Shown: in pieces, positions 52,212-64,000 of the stretch | How the letters are laid out: each line of letters starts with the position of its first letter | Position numbering within the stretch: the stretch's first letter is position 1 | Assembly (NCBI GenBank): GCA_013239625.1 | Contig: MU053379.1 | Coordinates: 504,490 to 568,489, forward strand | Length of the DNA stretch: 64,000 nucleotides | DNA from: Lama guanicoe | Taxonomy: Eukaryota | Direction of reading: 5' to 3' | Position numbers and translations under genes: made by a program | Notes under the pieces: generated by a model | Seen by the model: the letters and a program-made list of their open reading frames with translations, nothing else | The model's database searches: none | Told to the model about the DNA's origin: nothing

Positions 52212-53689
52212 AGAACCGCATCACTCTTGCTTTTTTTCCATATTTGCATTTTAATATAGAAAAAGGCTTGTTCATCATAAAAAAAAATTCATACATGACA
52301 GAAATGTTGATAAAATAAAAACTACAGCTTCTCTTTTCTCCCTCCTCCTGCCCCTCCTCTACGAAGTCCACTCACTTCTCAGTTTTGGTGATGCAGCTGT
52401 TTTGTGGATCCTTCCAGATTTTTTTCCCCAAAACTGGAATCATTCAGTAGGTCCTATTGTGCAATCCACTTTTATGTACCATCTTCTCTCCTGTAGAATG
52501 GATACACCATACTTTATTTAATCACGCCCCTAAGAACTGACTTTTTGACTCTCTTCCAATGCTTTGTAGTAGTAGTATATTTATAGTAGTAGTAGCTTTA
52601 TAGTAGTAAACTATGGAATGAATATACTTCCTCGAGCATAGATCTCTGCACTCTTGTGTGAATATCGCTGTAGAATAAATTCCTAGAAGTGAAATTTCTG
52701 GGTCAAGGAGTACATGCAATTTTGATATTAATAAAGCTTATCAAATTATTCTCTGAAAAGATTGAATTAATTTACAGTCCTCCCATGAGCATCACTTCTT
52801 GTTTTGATCTCAAAAAGAGGGAAAATTAAGTGGAGAGAATATCGCAATACTCCAGGACCCTCCAGTGCCCTTGGAAAACAGAGGTGACGCAGAGGCCAGC
52901 CTGTCCCTGTTTTCACTGTTGACTTGAAATTTCCATAATGAGGAGATAAAACACACAATTTAAAAAAAAAAACTCTTAAACTATGAGATTAATGAGAGTT
53001 GAGAGCTATAACTTGAACATTTGCTGGTTAATAGATTTAAGGATAGAAACACTGTTATGTCAATTACAGTAATTAACCAGAGATGAAGATGAATTGAAGG
53101 GACCCTCCCACGCCAGCCAAGCCTCAACCTAAACGCTGAGTAATGAGCTGCTGGTGGGGACGTAGCAGTGAGAGCCGGGATAGACTGAGAAAAAGATGCC
53201 GCTCGTTCTCCGAAGTATGTGCTGTATTCTCAGAAACAGGGAGCACCCACCTGCCTCAGCATCCCAAAGAACCCCCGTCTCCTCTGCTCGCCCTTCAGGA
53301 AACAGGACACTTGCCAACAGACACACTTTAGCTGTATCCCAAGGTATTTTTCCTCCTTAAATGGAGTTAAACTCTTTCTGAACCTGAAAGTATCTGACTG
53401 CGAAGGATCCTGAGCCTGTCCTGTGATGAAATGCATAAACAGAGAAACACCAAGGGTGCTGCTTCAGCAACTTACTGACCAGGTCAGAGAGAATTCATGA
53501 CCCACCCGGTACTCAGCTGTGTTAGAAAAAGTTCTTTAGGATAGGAAAAAAAAAAAAAAAGATTTGAGAGTAAAAGTGGCACAATCCAAAGTTATGGCTA
53601 GAAATCATTTACTCCACCAGGATAAGAACACATCATTTGTTAGCACATAAAATCAATCTAGTCAAGAAGCCAGTTTTTTTTAATTCTTT

Positions 53690-54250
53690 TTTATTTACAG
53701 AAAGTAAAAATTATTCTTTTTGGTGCACCATTCTGTGAATTTTGACAAATGCATAAAGTCACGTAACCATCACCACAATCAAGAGAGAGAACGCCCTCAT
53801 CACCCCCTAAAAAATCTCCTTATTCTTCCCCTATATGGTCAATCCCACCACAGCCCCCATCCTCAGTCCCTGGCAACCACAGATCTATTTTCTGTCCCTA
53901 TAGTTTTGCCTTCTCTAGAGAATGCCATATATGCCAAATGGAATCCTACCATTTAAAAAAAAAAAAGTAAAAGTTTTTGGGTCTGGCTTTTTTCATGCAT
54001 TTGTGATCTATCCATGTAGCTGTGTATACCAACAGTCATTCCTTTTTACCGCTGCATAGTATTCCTTCATGTGGATGTACCACAATTTGTTTATCCATTT
54101 TCCACTTTGGGGGCATTTGGATGATTCCAGTTTGGGCAATTATAAATTATCGCCATATTCATTCACACACAGGTTTTTGTGTGAAATTGAGATTTCCTTT
54201 ATCTTGGGATTGCTGTGTTATATGCTAATCCAATTGGTCTTTAATCTCTA
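53690..54250 (-). mobile_element. Old L1 3' UTR fragment
   Basis: ttctgtgaattttgacaaatgcata ... ccctggcaaccac..atct..tttctgtccctatagttttgcctt. Confidence 0.8.
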
Positions 54251-55642
54251 GAAAATATAACTGTCCTCAGAGCGCAAGGAGCCTGGAAATAGTTCCGTTG
54301 CCCCTAAGGTGAGAAAGCCCTTCTACAGGAGTACTGTTCTCACACAGCATGGGTGTGGGGTGAACATCCATTCCAGCTGCATTTGTCTGGGATAAGGAAC
54401 TTGGGGTGTGAACTCTGATGCCTTCAATCCAATGAGTTCAGAAAATCACTCGCCCATTATTGTTTTAGGTCCTCAGTCAAGCTAAACCAAGACACTTCAT
54501 CTCCTTTCTTTTTCCCATCAACTTTTGTATCTGAAAAGTTTTGTTAAGATTTTCACGCAAATGGGTATTGGGATTTTTAACTGAATTAAATAAATTTAAG
54601 TGGACATCTGATCATTTTCCACTTGAAATTTTTTAAATACATGCAGTCCCCGAAGTTGAACGTTAAATGTGAATTTATGTGATTACATTCCCAGACAGCC
54701 AAAAAAAAAACTAAATCATTATAAGTATACAATCCCTATTATATCTCAACTCTTAGACATATATTTTTGATGATTTGTCTTAAAAAGATAAATGTTTTAA
54801 AACGTTTTCCCACAGCAATTGAACACAGCTGAGCGAAAGGCCGTAACTATTCAACTGAGGCTGAAGGCTTGCTATTTGCAGCATACCTAATGATTTCTAT
54901 CTTGCTTCAGTTGAATTAACTTTATGAGGCCTCTTTTTATCTCTAGTGTCAGCTTATTTTATTTTTCCATTTTCCACTTGTTCTTCTAAAATAATATGGG
55001 CAAAATGCAATTAAAATATGCAAATAATGCTGCTGACAACATCACAACAGCTAAATGTTGTATAAATAAAGTAGTGTGACGCTGGTGCATATAAAAAGAG
55101 GTCTGGGGATATCAATATTTAACGTACAAAAGTGCAAGTAATGAAAATGTGACTATTTAAAGGTTCAGAAACCCTTGGGAGCATACTTGTGCTGTTCTGC
55201 CCAATTCCAGAAATAAACGATCTTATTTTAATAATTGTGTTAATGCACGGAAAATGAGCACAGGCCACCTGATTAGTCCCTTAACGTCAAATGATACTGG
55301 AGTCAACAAAATAATTTAGACAGTTCTTGTATTCGTTCATTCGTTCCCTCAACGTGCACTGAAAGTCTGCTACGTGCACAGTGGCATCGAAAGACATGAT
55401 CCCCATCCTTGAACCACCTGCAGTGAACTGGAGGGGATGGAAAAGTGAGGTAGGCCTCATGGAGGGACATCTCCCCACAGCAGAGCAGCACGTGGGGAGG
55501 GCTCTCCCTAAATGAGGTGGTGTCTGGGCTGACTCGAGGGGGCCAGGTTTAGGGAGGAGAGGATACCAGACAGATGAAGTGGCCTGGAGGACAGGCACCG
55601 ATGGAGTGGCAAGCGGGGAGCGGAAAAGAGAATGCTGAACAA

Positions 55643-56118
55643 TGTGTTCACTCCTGGGGCTCCTGTAACGAATCACCACAAACTGGGAGGCTTGAAAACG
55701 ACAGAAACTTGTTCTCTCACAGTTCTGGAGGCTCAAAGTCCAAAATCAAGGTAGCAGCAGGGCTGGTCCTTCTGGAGACTCTGATTGAATCTGTTCCAGG
55801 CCTCTCTCCTAACTTCTCCCACAACCCTTGGCTTCTAGACCCGTCACTCCAATCTCTGCGTCTGTCTCTGCCTGGCATTCTCCTCCACGCATGTCTCTGT
55901 GTCTCTCAGTCTCTTCACATGACCTTCTCATCAGGACACCAGTCGCTGGATTTAGGGACCACCCTAATCTAGCAAGACCTCATTTAACATGTTTACATCT
56001 GCAAAGACCCTATTTCCAAATAAAGTCACATTCACATGGTGGGTGGGAAGGTGAGGTCTTCCACACCTGAGGTATGATTTCAACATACCTTTTGGGGAGA
56101 AATGCTTCAGCTCACAAT
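55643..56118 (-). mobile_element. MaLR solo LTR (MLT1B/C-like)
   Basis: ttctctcacagttctggaggctcaaagtccaaaatcaagg ... acatctgcaaagaccctatttccaaataaagtcacattcaca. Confidence 0.85.
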
Positions 56119-56119
56119 A

Positions 56120-56340
56120 AGCTGAGTTCCGCAAACCACAGCCCGCTCACCACCTTTTTGCTTCTGTTGTTTGTAAATGTTTTGGGGGGACACAGTCATG
56201 TCCACCTGTTTACATGTCACGGAGGGTTGCTCTTCCATTTCAAAGGCAGAGGTGAGTCCTTGGGACAGAGACCTTATGCCCCACCAGGTGCAAAACATTT
56301 ACCATCTGGCCCTTCCAAAAAAAGGTTGGTGACCCCTGAA
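56120..56340. mobile_element. MER58A-like hAT MITE
   Basis: gcaaaccacagccc ... tttgtaaa ... catttaccatctggcccttcc.aaaaaaggttggtgacccctg. Confidence 0.75.
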
Positions 56341-56780
56341 CTAGAGAGAAACTGGTAGTAGGCTGATCATGCCCTGGGGCTGAAGAGGAGAGAGAACTAA
56401 ACCCGGAAAACTGGGGGATGCAATCCGGAGTTGATAGGAAGTGTGCAAAATGGGGTGGAGAAGTAGCAAGGAGAAAGCGGAATGGGTGAGGGGTTTGTGG
56501 GCCCCAATGAGCTGTCCTGGAGATTCCAGGAGAGATGTGGGCAAACAGGCGTGGGGGGTGGAGAAGGAAATGGGGCTTTTGTGACCTCAAGAGTCTCTGT
56601 CCTGGGTTATGGTGAAGGAAGGTGCCAGATGGAATCAAACGGGGAGTGGTTGGAGTTGGGGGGAGAAGGCCGTGGAATGGGAAGGCGAGGGGGCCAGATG
56701 CGAGTTCTCATGGTTCTTAGAAATGCCTGGAATGATCGCAGTGGCAGGGGTGGCCAGGAACGCCAGGAGTCAAGGGCATG

Positions 56781-56944
56781 TCACCCCCAAAAGGTCTAGA
56801 ACAGAGTACTTTCCTTCCTGAGGGACCAGTGCCCATAATTCAACGGCTGCAACCTCCACGCTCACCCCCAAAAGGTCTAGAACAGAGTACTTTCCTTCCT
56901 GAGGGACCAGTGCCATAATTCAACGGCTGCAACCTCCGCGCTCA
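56781..56944. repeat. Direct tandem duplication, 81/80-bp unit x2
   Basis: 56781-56861 and 56862-56941 are identical except for one 1-bp indel and one a/g substitution. Confidence 0.97.
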
Positions 56945-59879
56945 AAGTGATTGTGTGATTAATGTGGACTCTGCTGTTCCATCTCCTTGTAGCAACTTAA
57001 TAAGGTCTGTGCACGGCCTCCAAATGAAGGCTGTGATTACTTTTCCATAGTTGATGAATTATGAAGTTGGATTCTGACCGCAAATGCTGTCAAAGTTTTT
57101 TGGCTTCAAAACCAATTAAAATGATGAATAGCTGTGCAAGGGACCAGAAGTACATTGACTCTTCCTCCAGAACAGCTGGGGGGCAGCCCTTTCTGTGTCA
57201 CCTTCCACATGAGCTGGGAACATAAAATCGGTCTCATTCGAAGGTGGGATTCAAAACCTTCTTCATGAAAGGGAACTGATCCACTTCGGGTTTTTTTTTT
57301 TTTCGGCTATAAACACAGAGATATTTCCAGTGTGACCAGCTGCCCATTTTGCTTATCTTCCAAGGTCGTAACACTCTGTTTCCACCTCCTCCTTTTAACA
57401 AGGTTATTCTAAAAGGAATCACCAAAGCAGAGATTCACTGTTCAAAGCAAAAAGATGCAAGCGAGAAGATTGCTAACAAGATTTTGAGTTTGACAATTAC
57501 GGATTCGGAAGTGGGTAACAACGCAAAGCCTTGAGTCCCCGCCCCCATCTCTCTGCCATTTAATAGATCTTAGGTCTTAATGCTCCCCTTTGGTTCTAAG
57601 GGTGCTCAGTCTCTAAATTTTTTACTTTTTCACTTTTTATCATGGGAAAGGGCTGTAGATGCCACGCACTGCAGAGGGAGGTGAATGAATCCGAGTCGGA
57701 AGGTCTCATTTCTGATACTAACACAACCCCTTCTAGCGGAAAGCCGTGAGCCTTCAAAGGACACACGCTCGCTGAGCCTGGGTTTCCTTCTCTGTAAAAC
57801 GGAGGTTACAACTCAATTCTCAGAACTGTTGTGAGGCTCAGCTGCATTCAACTGGTGTCGAATTATTCACACACATCATTCATACACAAAACGTCTATAT
57901 GTGTGTGTGAAATAGCACCAGACTTCTGTGTGACTAGTTGCTATTCACATCGCCATGCTTTGACAGAAGGAACAATATTGTGTAAATGTGTTTAAGACAA
58001 AGTCTCCAATAAATGATATTTGGACAGAACACCTCCTTCGAAGAGGTGACTCAGCTGTCAGTGAACTCATCTTTGCTATTTTTAGGGCTGGAAAAGGAGA
58101 GGCAGGTGGTGCTGAAGATGTGTAATCAGTCGCACGGGGAGGGTATTCAAAGGTCGTGGCCTTGACCTCAGCAGCCCTTCAAAGGCAAGCGGGACACTCA
58201 CAGAGGAGGCAGAGGAGACTTGATCATCCCTGCAGCAATGTAGAGCCCCAGTCAAAGGAGAGGGAAACGCAAACTGACTTGTGCCTCGTCCCCTTGACAG
58301 CGCGAATTCAGACGCCGGCTGCTGCACTGTCTTCTGATTCCTTTTCCAGAACCGTGTTCACGCTTGTCGTGCTGATTTTCAAGATTGCTGTCGCCAGTCC
58401 TCGACAGCACACTCAGTCTGCCTGGAACTCTGAGAATCAGGCTTGAACTGACTTTGAGCCAGTCGCTCCTGACCCCTTCCATACCCAACCCGGGGAAAGT
58501 CTGTAAGAGCAGCTACCATCTGCCCATCTGTTGGCTGGTCTACTTCTGTCCCAGGGCCCGGAGTGTTTCCCTGCGGTCACCCTGTGTGATCACGCTCCTG
58601 ACCCTCTTGCTAGGGTTAGGGTTAGGGAACTCATGACATCATCAAGGCTAAATTCGACTGCCCTTCTTAATCCCCCATCTTTTCTTTTCCTTCCACCTGA
58701 AATTAGCCATTGCTTCTGTGTCCCCCTCTCCCTGAACCGATGAAGTCTCCCAGCACCGCTGAGAGCTGCCTTTGCAAAACGTGCTCAAGATCAGCTTTGT
58801 CATTGCAGGGACACAGAGCGGCCTCGCAGGAAAGGCTGTGGAGGAACCAAGCAGGGCCGGCCCAAAGCTGGGAGGACTGGGTGTTCCAGGGCGCCCACCT
58901 GAGTGAAATCGGTCAGCAGCTTGGACTGCCTTCCAGCTGCATCTGTGCTCAGATTCAGACTGTGAGGCCAAGCAGTGACTGAGCACAGCATCTCAGCACC
59001 CTCTTGGCTACCACTATACACTCTCATTTTCACGACATCCAAATTAAATCTTGCTGGTGTTCACTTTAGTTTGTCTGTAACATTTGTTAGAAATCAGGAA
59101 ACGTATCATTTCCTTTCAGGAGTAGAGGCGGGATATAAAAACAGGCATGCATGGAAATATAAACACTTTTTTAATTCTTTAACTCCTATTGCTTGTTAAA
59201 GCAGCTTGGCATTTAGTTTGTCTATAACTGGATGTATTTTTAAAGTTTTAACGGAAAATTTTTTAAGCAGCAGGAGGCAAAAATAATTCAAACTCTAATA
59301 CTCATCAAAATTCATTTAACGGCAGGAGACCCTTCACTCTGAACTTTTCTTTCTTGCAGAATCAACCCCCCCACACACCAAGAGCCCTCACCTGTCAGAA
59401 GCACAAAGAATCCAATAATATTGTGCATAATAGCCGCTCATTTTATCTTGCTTTCTTTTGTTTTCTTCGGTTCATCAGACCTCCCCGTCAGACCGAAAGG
59501 AATCCGTTGTGACAACTCTGTTCTCAGGACTGACTTTCTCTGTAGAAAGTCTGGGAGATGCCCAGGAGTTCTTGATGCTTTCAAAATGCTACCTTTCAAT
59601 CTCTCCGATTAGAGATTGAGTACTTTAGCTTTTTCCAATGTCCATTCTCTTCTGTTAAAGCAAATAAAATTGAAAAGGGCAACATACTGAACTTACCCAT
59701 GCTAAAACGTGATGGATTACCAAATTCAATTTCCTTCTATTGTAGTTTAGGGAGAAGAGGGAGGAGGGAAGGTAGGAATGATAGCAAAGAGACCATGGGT
59801 GTGTCAGGGGGAGTGAATGGACCAAAGGCAAATACGGCCCTAGGCACTCATTTTACAAGTAAAAGAATCAATGGGCACA

Positions 59880-60010
59880 AATGAATTCCCCACATCCCGC
59901 TGAAATGCAGGTTCAGATTCTGCCAGTCTGGGGTGCAGCCTGAAATCCTGCAACGCTAACAAGCTCTCCATTGACGTCAGTACTACTGGGCCGCACTTTA
60001 CACAGCAAAG
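59880..60010. mobile_element. MER5-like fragment
   Basis: gaaatgcagg.tcagattctgccagtctggggtgcagcctga...taacaagctctcca. Confidence 0.6.
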
Positions 60011-60046
60011 GGGCCGGAACTTGAGCAATGAACAAAGGTGTCAGCT

Positions 60047-60385
60047 CAGTGGTTCTTGACTTTGAGTACTCAGAATCACCTGAAAAGTTTTCTTGTTTAA
60101 AAAAAAACTTTAAAAAAAATGATGGGGAGGGTATAGCTCAGTGGTAGAGTGCATGTCTAGCATGCACAAGGTCCTGGGTTCAATCCCCAGTACCTTCATC
60201 ATAAAACCAAATAAATAAATAAACCTCATTACCTACCCCCTGCAAAAAAAAAAACAAAAAAAAACCTGCTGATGTCCAAGCCTTGCCCCAGATCAATCAA
60301 ATCAGAATCTAGGTGTTGCTCAAGTATTCATAGTTCTAAAAGCCCCCCGGCTATTCTATTGTGCAGCCTGAGTTGAGGACCACTG
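60047..60385. mobile_element. MER5-like hAT MITE split by a SINE
   Basis: Termini cagtggttct ... aggaccactg; internal cagaatcacctg and aaatcagaatct. Confidence 0.75.
60124..60264 (+). mobile_element. tRNA-derived SINE (camelid vic-1-like)
   Basis: ggggagggtatagctcagtggtagagtgcatg...ggtcctgggttcaatccccagtacc, (aaat)n, C-run and A tail; same family as the copy at 26181. Confidence 0.92.
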
Positions 60386-61749
60386 TTAGCTGATAATGTC
60401 ATTGGAACCTGGGGGGTCAGTGCATAGCTAACGTACTAGCCCATGAGGGCTAAAGGCAAGGTACCCCAACTTCCTCTCGAAGGGGAACCTGCCTGGCAAA
60501 TAGCTGGTACTCAATAAAGATGTGTTCCCTGAAAAAATAAAGGATCAGCTGAAGGTATGAATGACTGAAGACCTTTGAAGGCCAACAGTCTACAGAATGT
60601 AAAGGATTGAATTCATAATGTTGAAATGACATGTGACAGGACTGAGATTTGAGGACAGAAAGGTTTTTTTCCATTATGCCTTCAAATCCCTAGAATAAGA
60701 CACTCAATTCTCAGGCCACTGTTAAGGGTGACTGCTGATAGCAGGAGAATTCAAAACCATAAATGTGACCATTGCTTTATTCTAGTGTTTCCCAAACATC
60801 CACCAGTCCTAATACAGTTTCACGATTTTTGCTATCGGTGCTGTAATTTACCTAGCGTGTTTCCTTAAATTGACTCCCTTTTTTAACATAAATAGATGCA
60901 TTTTAAAGGGAAACTATACATCGCTGTTTCAAATAGAAAAGCAACTACTATCCCTCGACAGAAATAGAAGTGCCTGTCAAAATAAATACAATGCCAGCAG
61001 CTCAAGCTGGATGTTGCTGCCTGCCAGTGCTTGCCCCTGTCAGATAAGAAGACGGATTAGCGAGAAATAGGAGGTATTGAAGACACGGACGCACTTAATG
61101 GAGACGTGTCGCCAGCATAATAAGAAGGATCGGAGGGGTGCTTTGAAAGGTGTCACAGTCAGGTTCTGCAAAGCCGTGTGACTGAAGGCACCTCAGGGGA
61201 CACCACTCCCAGCCAGCAATGATCCAGTTGTACCCACAAACCCAAGGGCCACCAAACGGTGCTGACAAGGCTCTGGGGGAAAAAAAGAAAAAAAAGGAAA
61301 AAAGGAAGTATTTCCAAGCTTTCCGTTTCTGGGGCATCCCGTCATCAATGTTACTTGCCTCGCGTCCAGTGTGATGTGTGTTTTTCTACTTCTAAGATGA
61401 ACAACACAATCAACCGAGAAAAACGGGGCAGGTTGAAGCTTCCTGCTGGCAGCAGGGGGATTCGCTGTCTCTTTGGGGGCACGTTTGCTGATTTAAGGCT
61501 TAGATAAGAAAATTCGCCAAGTAAAACCATGCCGTTCTGAAATGAATGCATCATAAAAGGAAGGCAAGTGCTTCCCAGTTCTTTAATGAGGTGTGTCCCA
61601 GGGTACGGGGTAAATTTTTATCTCAGTTTATGTACTTGGATTTGGACAGAATGACCCAGTGACATTTTAGGGAATAAGTTCACTAAATTATTCTTTTTAA
61701 TTTGCCAGGTGTTTTTCTTTTAAACAATGCATGCAACATGTGATGGCTA

Positions 61750-62000
61750 TGATTCTAAGGAAGGCAGAGAGGCAAGACTGGAATCAGACTGCCGGGTCTA
61801 AGCTCCCGCTCTGCCCCCTTTTCAGCTGTTGACTTTGGGTGAATTAGTCATCCTCTCTGTGCCTCAGTCTCCTTGCTCATAGAATGAGAGTGAGAATAAG
61901 AGGACTGCCACATAAGGCAGCCACGGAGGAGCTCATGCCGAGAAAGCATCTAAAAGAGTCCCTTGCACAAAATAAGCACTCAGTATGTGTTACTTATTAT
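61750..62000 (+). mobile_element. MIR SINE
   Basis: ctggaatcagactgcc ... tgactttggg..aatta..cctctctgtgcctcagt ... aataagcactcagta. Confidence 0.75.
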
Positions 62001-62149
62001 TACGGCAAAAAAATATGCAAAACAGAAGGTAATGCAACGAGATTTGTCTTCTTTCCACCCCAGACCCTATACCCCTCCCTAGACACAAAGCACATAAAAA
62101 GGCTCTGTGTGGCTTTCCAGAAATACTCTATACATTTACCATCGACTCT

Positions 62150-62560
62150 AGCCTTCTCTTCTATGCAGGTGGGAGCTCACCATGCACTGTGCTCTACACT
62201 TTGCCTTTTTCACTTAATACGTCTTGGGAAGAAATATTCACTGCAAGCGGCGTACCTCGTTCTTTGTCGGGACCACAGTTTTGCATCATCCAGCTACACC
62301 ACCATGTATTTAAATCATCCCCTGTATGGGACACAAGCCATTTCCAGCCTTTCACTTTTACAATCGTGCTGCCATGAATCCATTTAAACACAAATCTTTA
62401 ATATACATACAAGTATATCTTTAAGATAGATTCTTACAGTGGGATCACTTGATCAAAGAGTCGGTGCCTCTTTTATTCTAGATAGACATTGCCAAATTTC
62501 TCCTCAAAGAGATTGCACCAATTTGCACGCCAACCACCTGGGTACACAAGTGCCTCTGTC
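62150..62560 (-). mobile_element. Old L1 (L1ME-like) fragment
   Basis: ttgcctttttcacttaata ... gatagacattgccaaatt ... ttgcaccaatttgcac. Confidence 0.65.
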
Positions 62561-62569
62561 TCCTTATTT

Positions 62570-62945
62570 TCAAAGTACTATTTTCAGTGCATAAAACAAA
62601 ACACAGAGGATAACCAAGGAAAAGCAATTACATTGAAACAGTTGTCAAAAGACTGAAAATACACATTTGTGAATATGTACTATTTAGCCTGCTTTATATG
62701 TGCGATAACAAAATAACAAAATCTAGTGGCAGGTAGGAGTGAGTAGAAAAGATATTTCAGCGTATCTGTGACAATTACAACGTTGTATGAAGGTGCAAAC
62801 TGGGGACAAGCTCACAGGAACTGCTACTAATATTGTGACTTGTCTACATTCATAATTGAAGGAAATGCTAAATTTGAGTTGGCAGTTAGTGGGGGAAAAA
62901 AAAGATGCACATTTTTTTCCAGACGTGTTACGGACCCTGTCTTAG
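62570..62945. mobile_element. hAT-Charlie-type DNA transposon fragment
   Basis: cataattgaaggaaatgctaaattt.agtt...gttagtg...aaagatg...ttttttcc...cggaccctg. Confidence 0.55.
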
Positions 62946-64000
62946 GGCCAGCTCTTGGAGATTGATTACAGTGAGTAGCCCCAGGAATTCACGCTTTCAG
63001 GGCAGCTATTAAAACTCCCGCATGGGCACTGGCTTCAGTCTAGCCTAAAACGGGCTGCTGTGGCCTTCTAAATAGTAAGACACGCCAAGAAGATGTGAGT
63101 AGGCAGAGAGAACTGTGAGGAAGCCACCCAGAGGGGCTGCCTTGACCATGTCTTAGCAACAGGAGCAGCCCCACTTCTGCCTACAATACATCTGCTCTCC
63201 TAACCCAACATGGTTTGAGAGAATATTAAATAAGAGAACTTAAACTCCTTTGAAAACCTTGAAGGCACTCTATTAATTTAGGGCACTGTGTTAGCCATTA
63301 GGAGTTAATGTTATTAATTCCTCTTATGTTTAGTGCTTAGAACCTCCCTCAGATCTGCTGCTAAGAGTGACATGAGGGCCATAGGATGAAGCCGCGCCTT
63401 GGAAACAGAAAAGCACAGGAGTCCAGGACGGAGCTTGGGCGTGGATACGTGCCTGGCCTGGCTGTGACATTCCTTTTATCCCGAGAGGGCTCCTGTGACT
63501 AGAGAAGTTGCTGGAATTTCCAGTAGCAAGAAAAATAATGGTAGGAAGTGTCAAATCCACACTCAGAGAACACCCTGTCACTAGGGGAAAAAACAATACA
63601 CGACTCTGGAAATCTTAGGAGTACAGAAGAAAGATTTCAAGCAATTTTCTGACTACGTATCTTCTTCTTTTTTTTTTTTTTTTTTGAGTGCTCTTGAAAT
63701 GTTAGATTTCATTAAGTTTTACAGCCAGACTTAATATAGACATAAATCCCTTTAATGTTGGTTTCAGTCAAAAGTGAGCTGAACATTATCGTTAAACCAG
63801 GGCATGTGGGAGAATTATTTGAGGAAAATTAGAGCAGGACGAGTTGGGAATACTCAGGCATGACCATATTAGAAGCAGGTGGGCACAGAGCAAAGCTCTT
63901 TAGGCTCTCGTGGACGGGGCCGTTCACTGCTCATTTTCCGTGCAGATGAGCTTTGTTCTGGGGCAACGTGGCTGCAGTCTGAGAGTCTGCCTGGGGAAGC

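Larger units (their letters stand above)
1..64000 (+). other. PCSK2: PCSK2 gene body (part of intron 2, exons 3-5, introns 3-4, part of intron 5)
   Basis: Three consecutive exons found. I did not find the preceding exon (LPFAEGLY...) or the following exon (NAEASYDF...) in the window, consistent with long flanking introns. Confidence 0.9.

Noticed and set aside
60124-60198. tRNA gene (also 26181-26255)
   Set aside because: The tRNA-like head is followed by a shared (aaat)n/C-run/A tail and lacks an adjacent T-run terminator; these are SINE copies.
1-64000. A novel multi-gene system encoded by the many 60-190 aa ORFs
   Set aside because: Apart from those overlapping the three PCSK2 exons and L1 fragments, the ORFs show no recognisable domains, often lie in decayed repeats or run through N gaps, and are as expected by chance in intronic DNA.

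Overview
Mammalian genomic DNA, most likely a camelid (alpaca/llama/camel), judged from two tRNA-derived SINEs resembling the camelid vic-1 family. The window lies inside PCSK2 (prohormone convertase 2, + strand). It holds three coding exons matching human exons 3, 4 and 5 (22557-22670, 24597-24705, 30082-30119). They encode the end of the propeptide with the RKKR autocleavage site and the start of the subtilisin-like domain with catalytic Asp167. The rest is intron, densely filled with interspersed repeats (L1 3' ends, L2, MIR, MaLR/ERVL solo LTRs, hAT and Tc2 DNA-transposon relics, SINEs), plus three N gaps. Nearly all ORFs in the supplied track are chance ORFs. I found no support for a new multi-gene system. 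The best leads are an apparent Asp105->Tyr change beside the cleavage site, AG|GT motifs at the in-frame exon 3, an 81-bp tandem duplication, an oversized gap in a young L1, nested insertions and a few candidate neuroendocrine enhancers. Repeat family names come from recalled consensus motifs, not a database search, and repeat boundaries are approximate.
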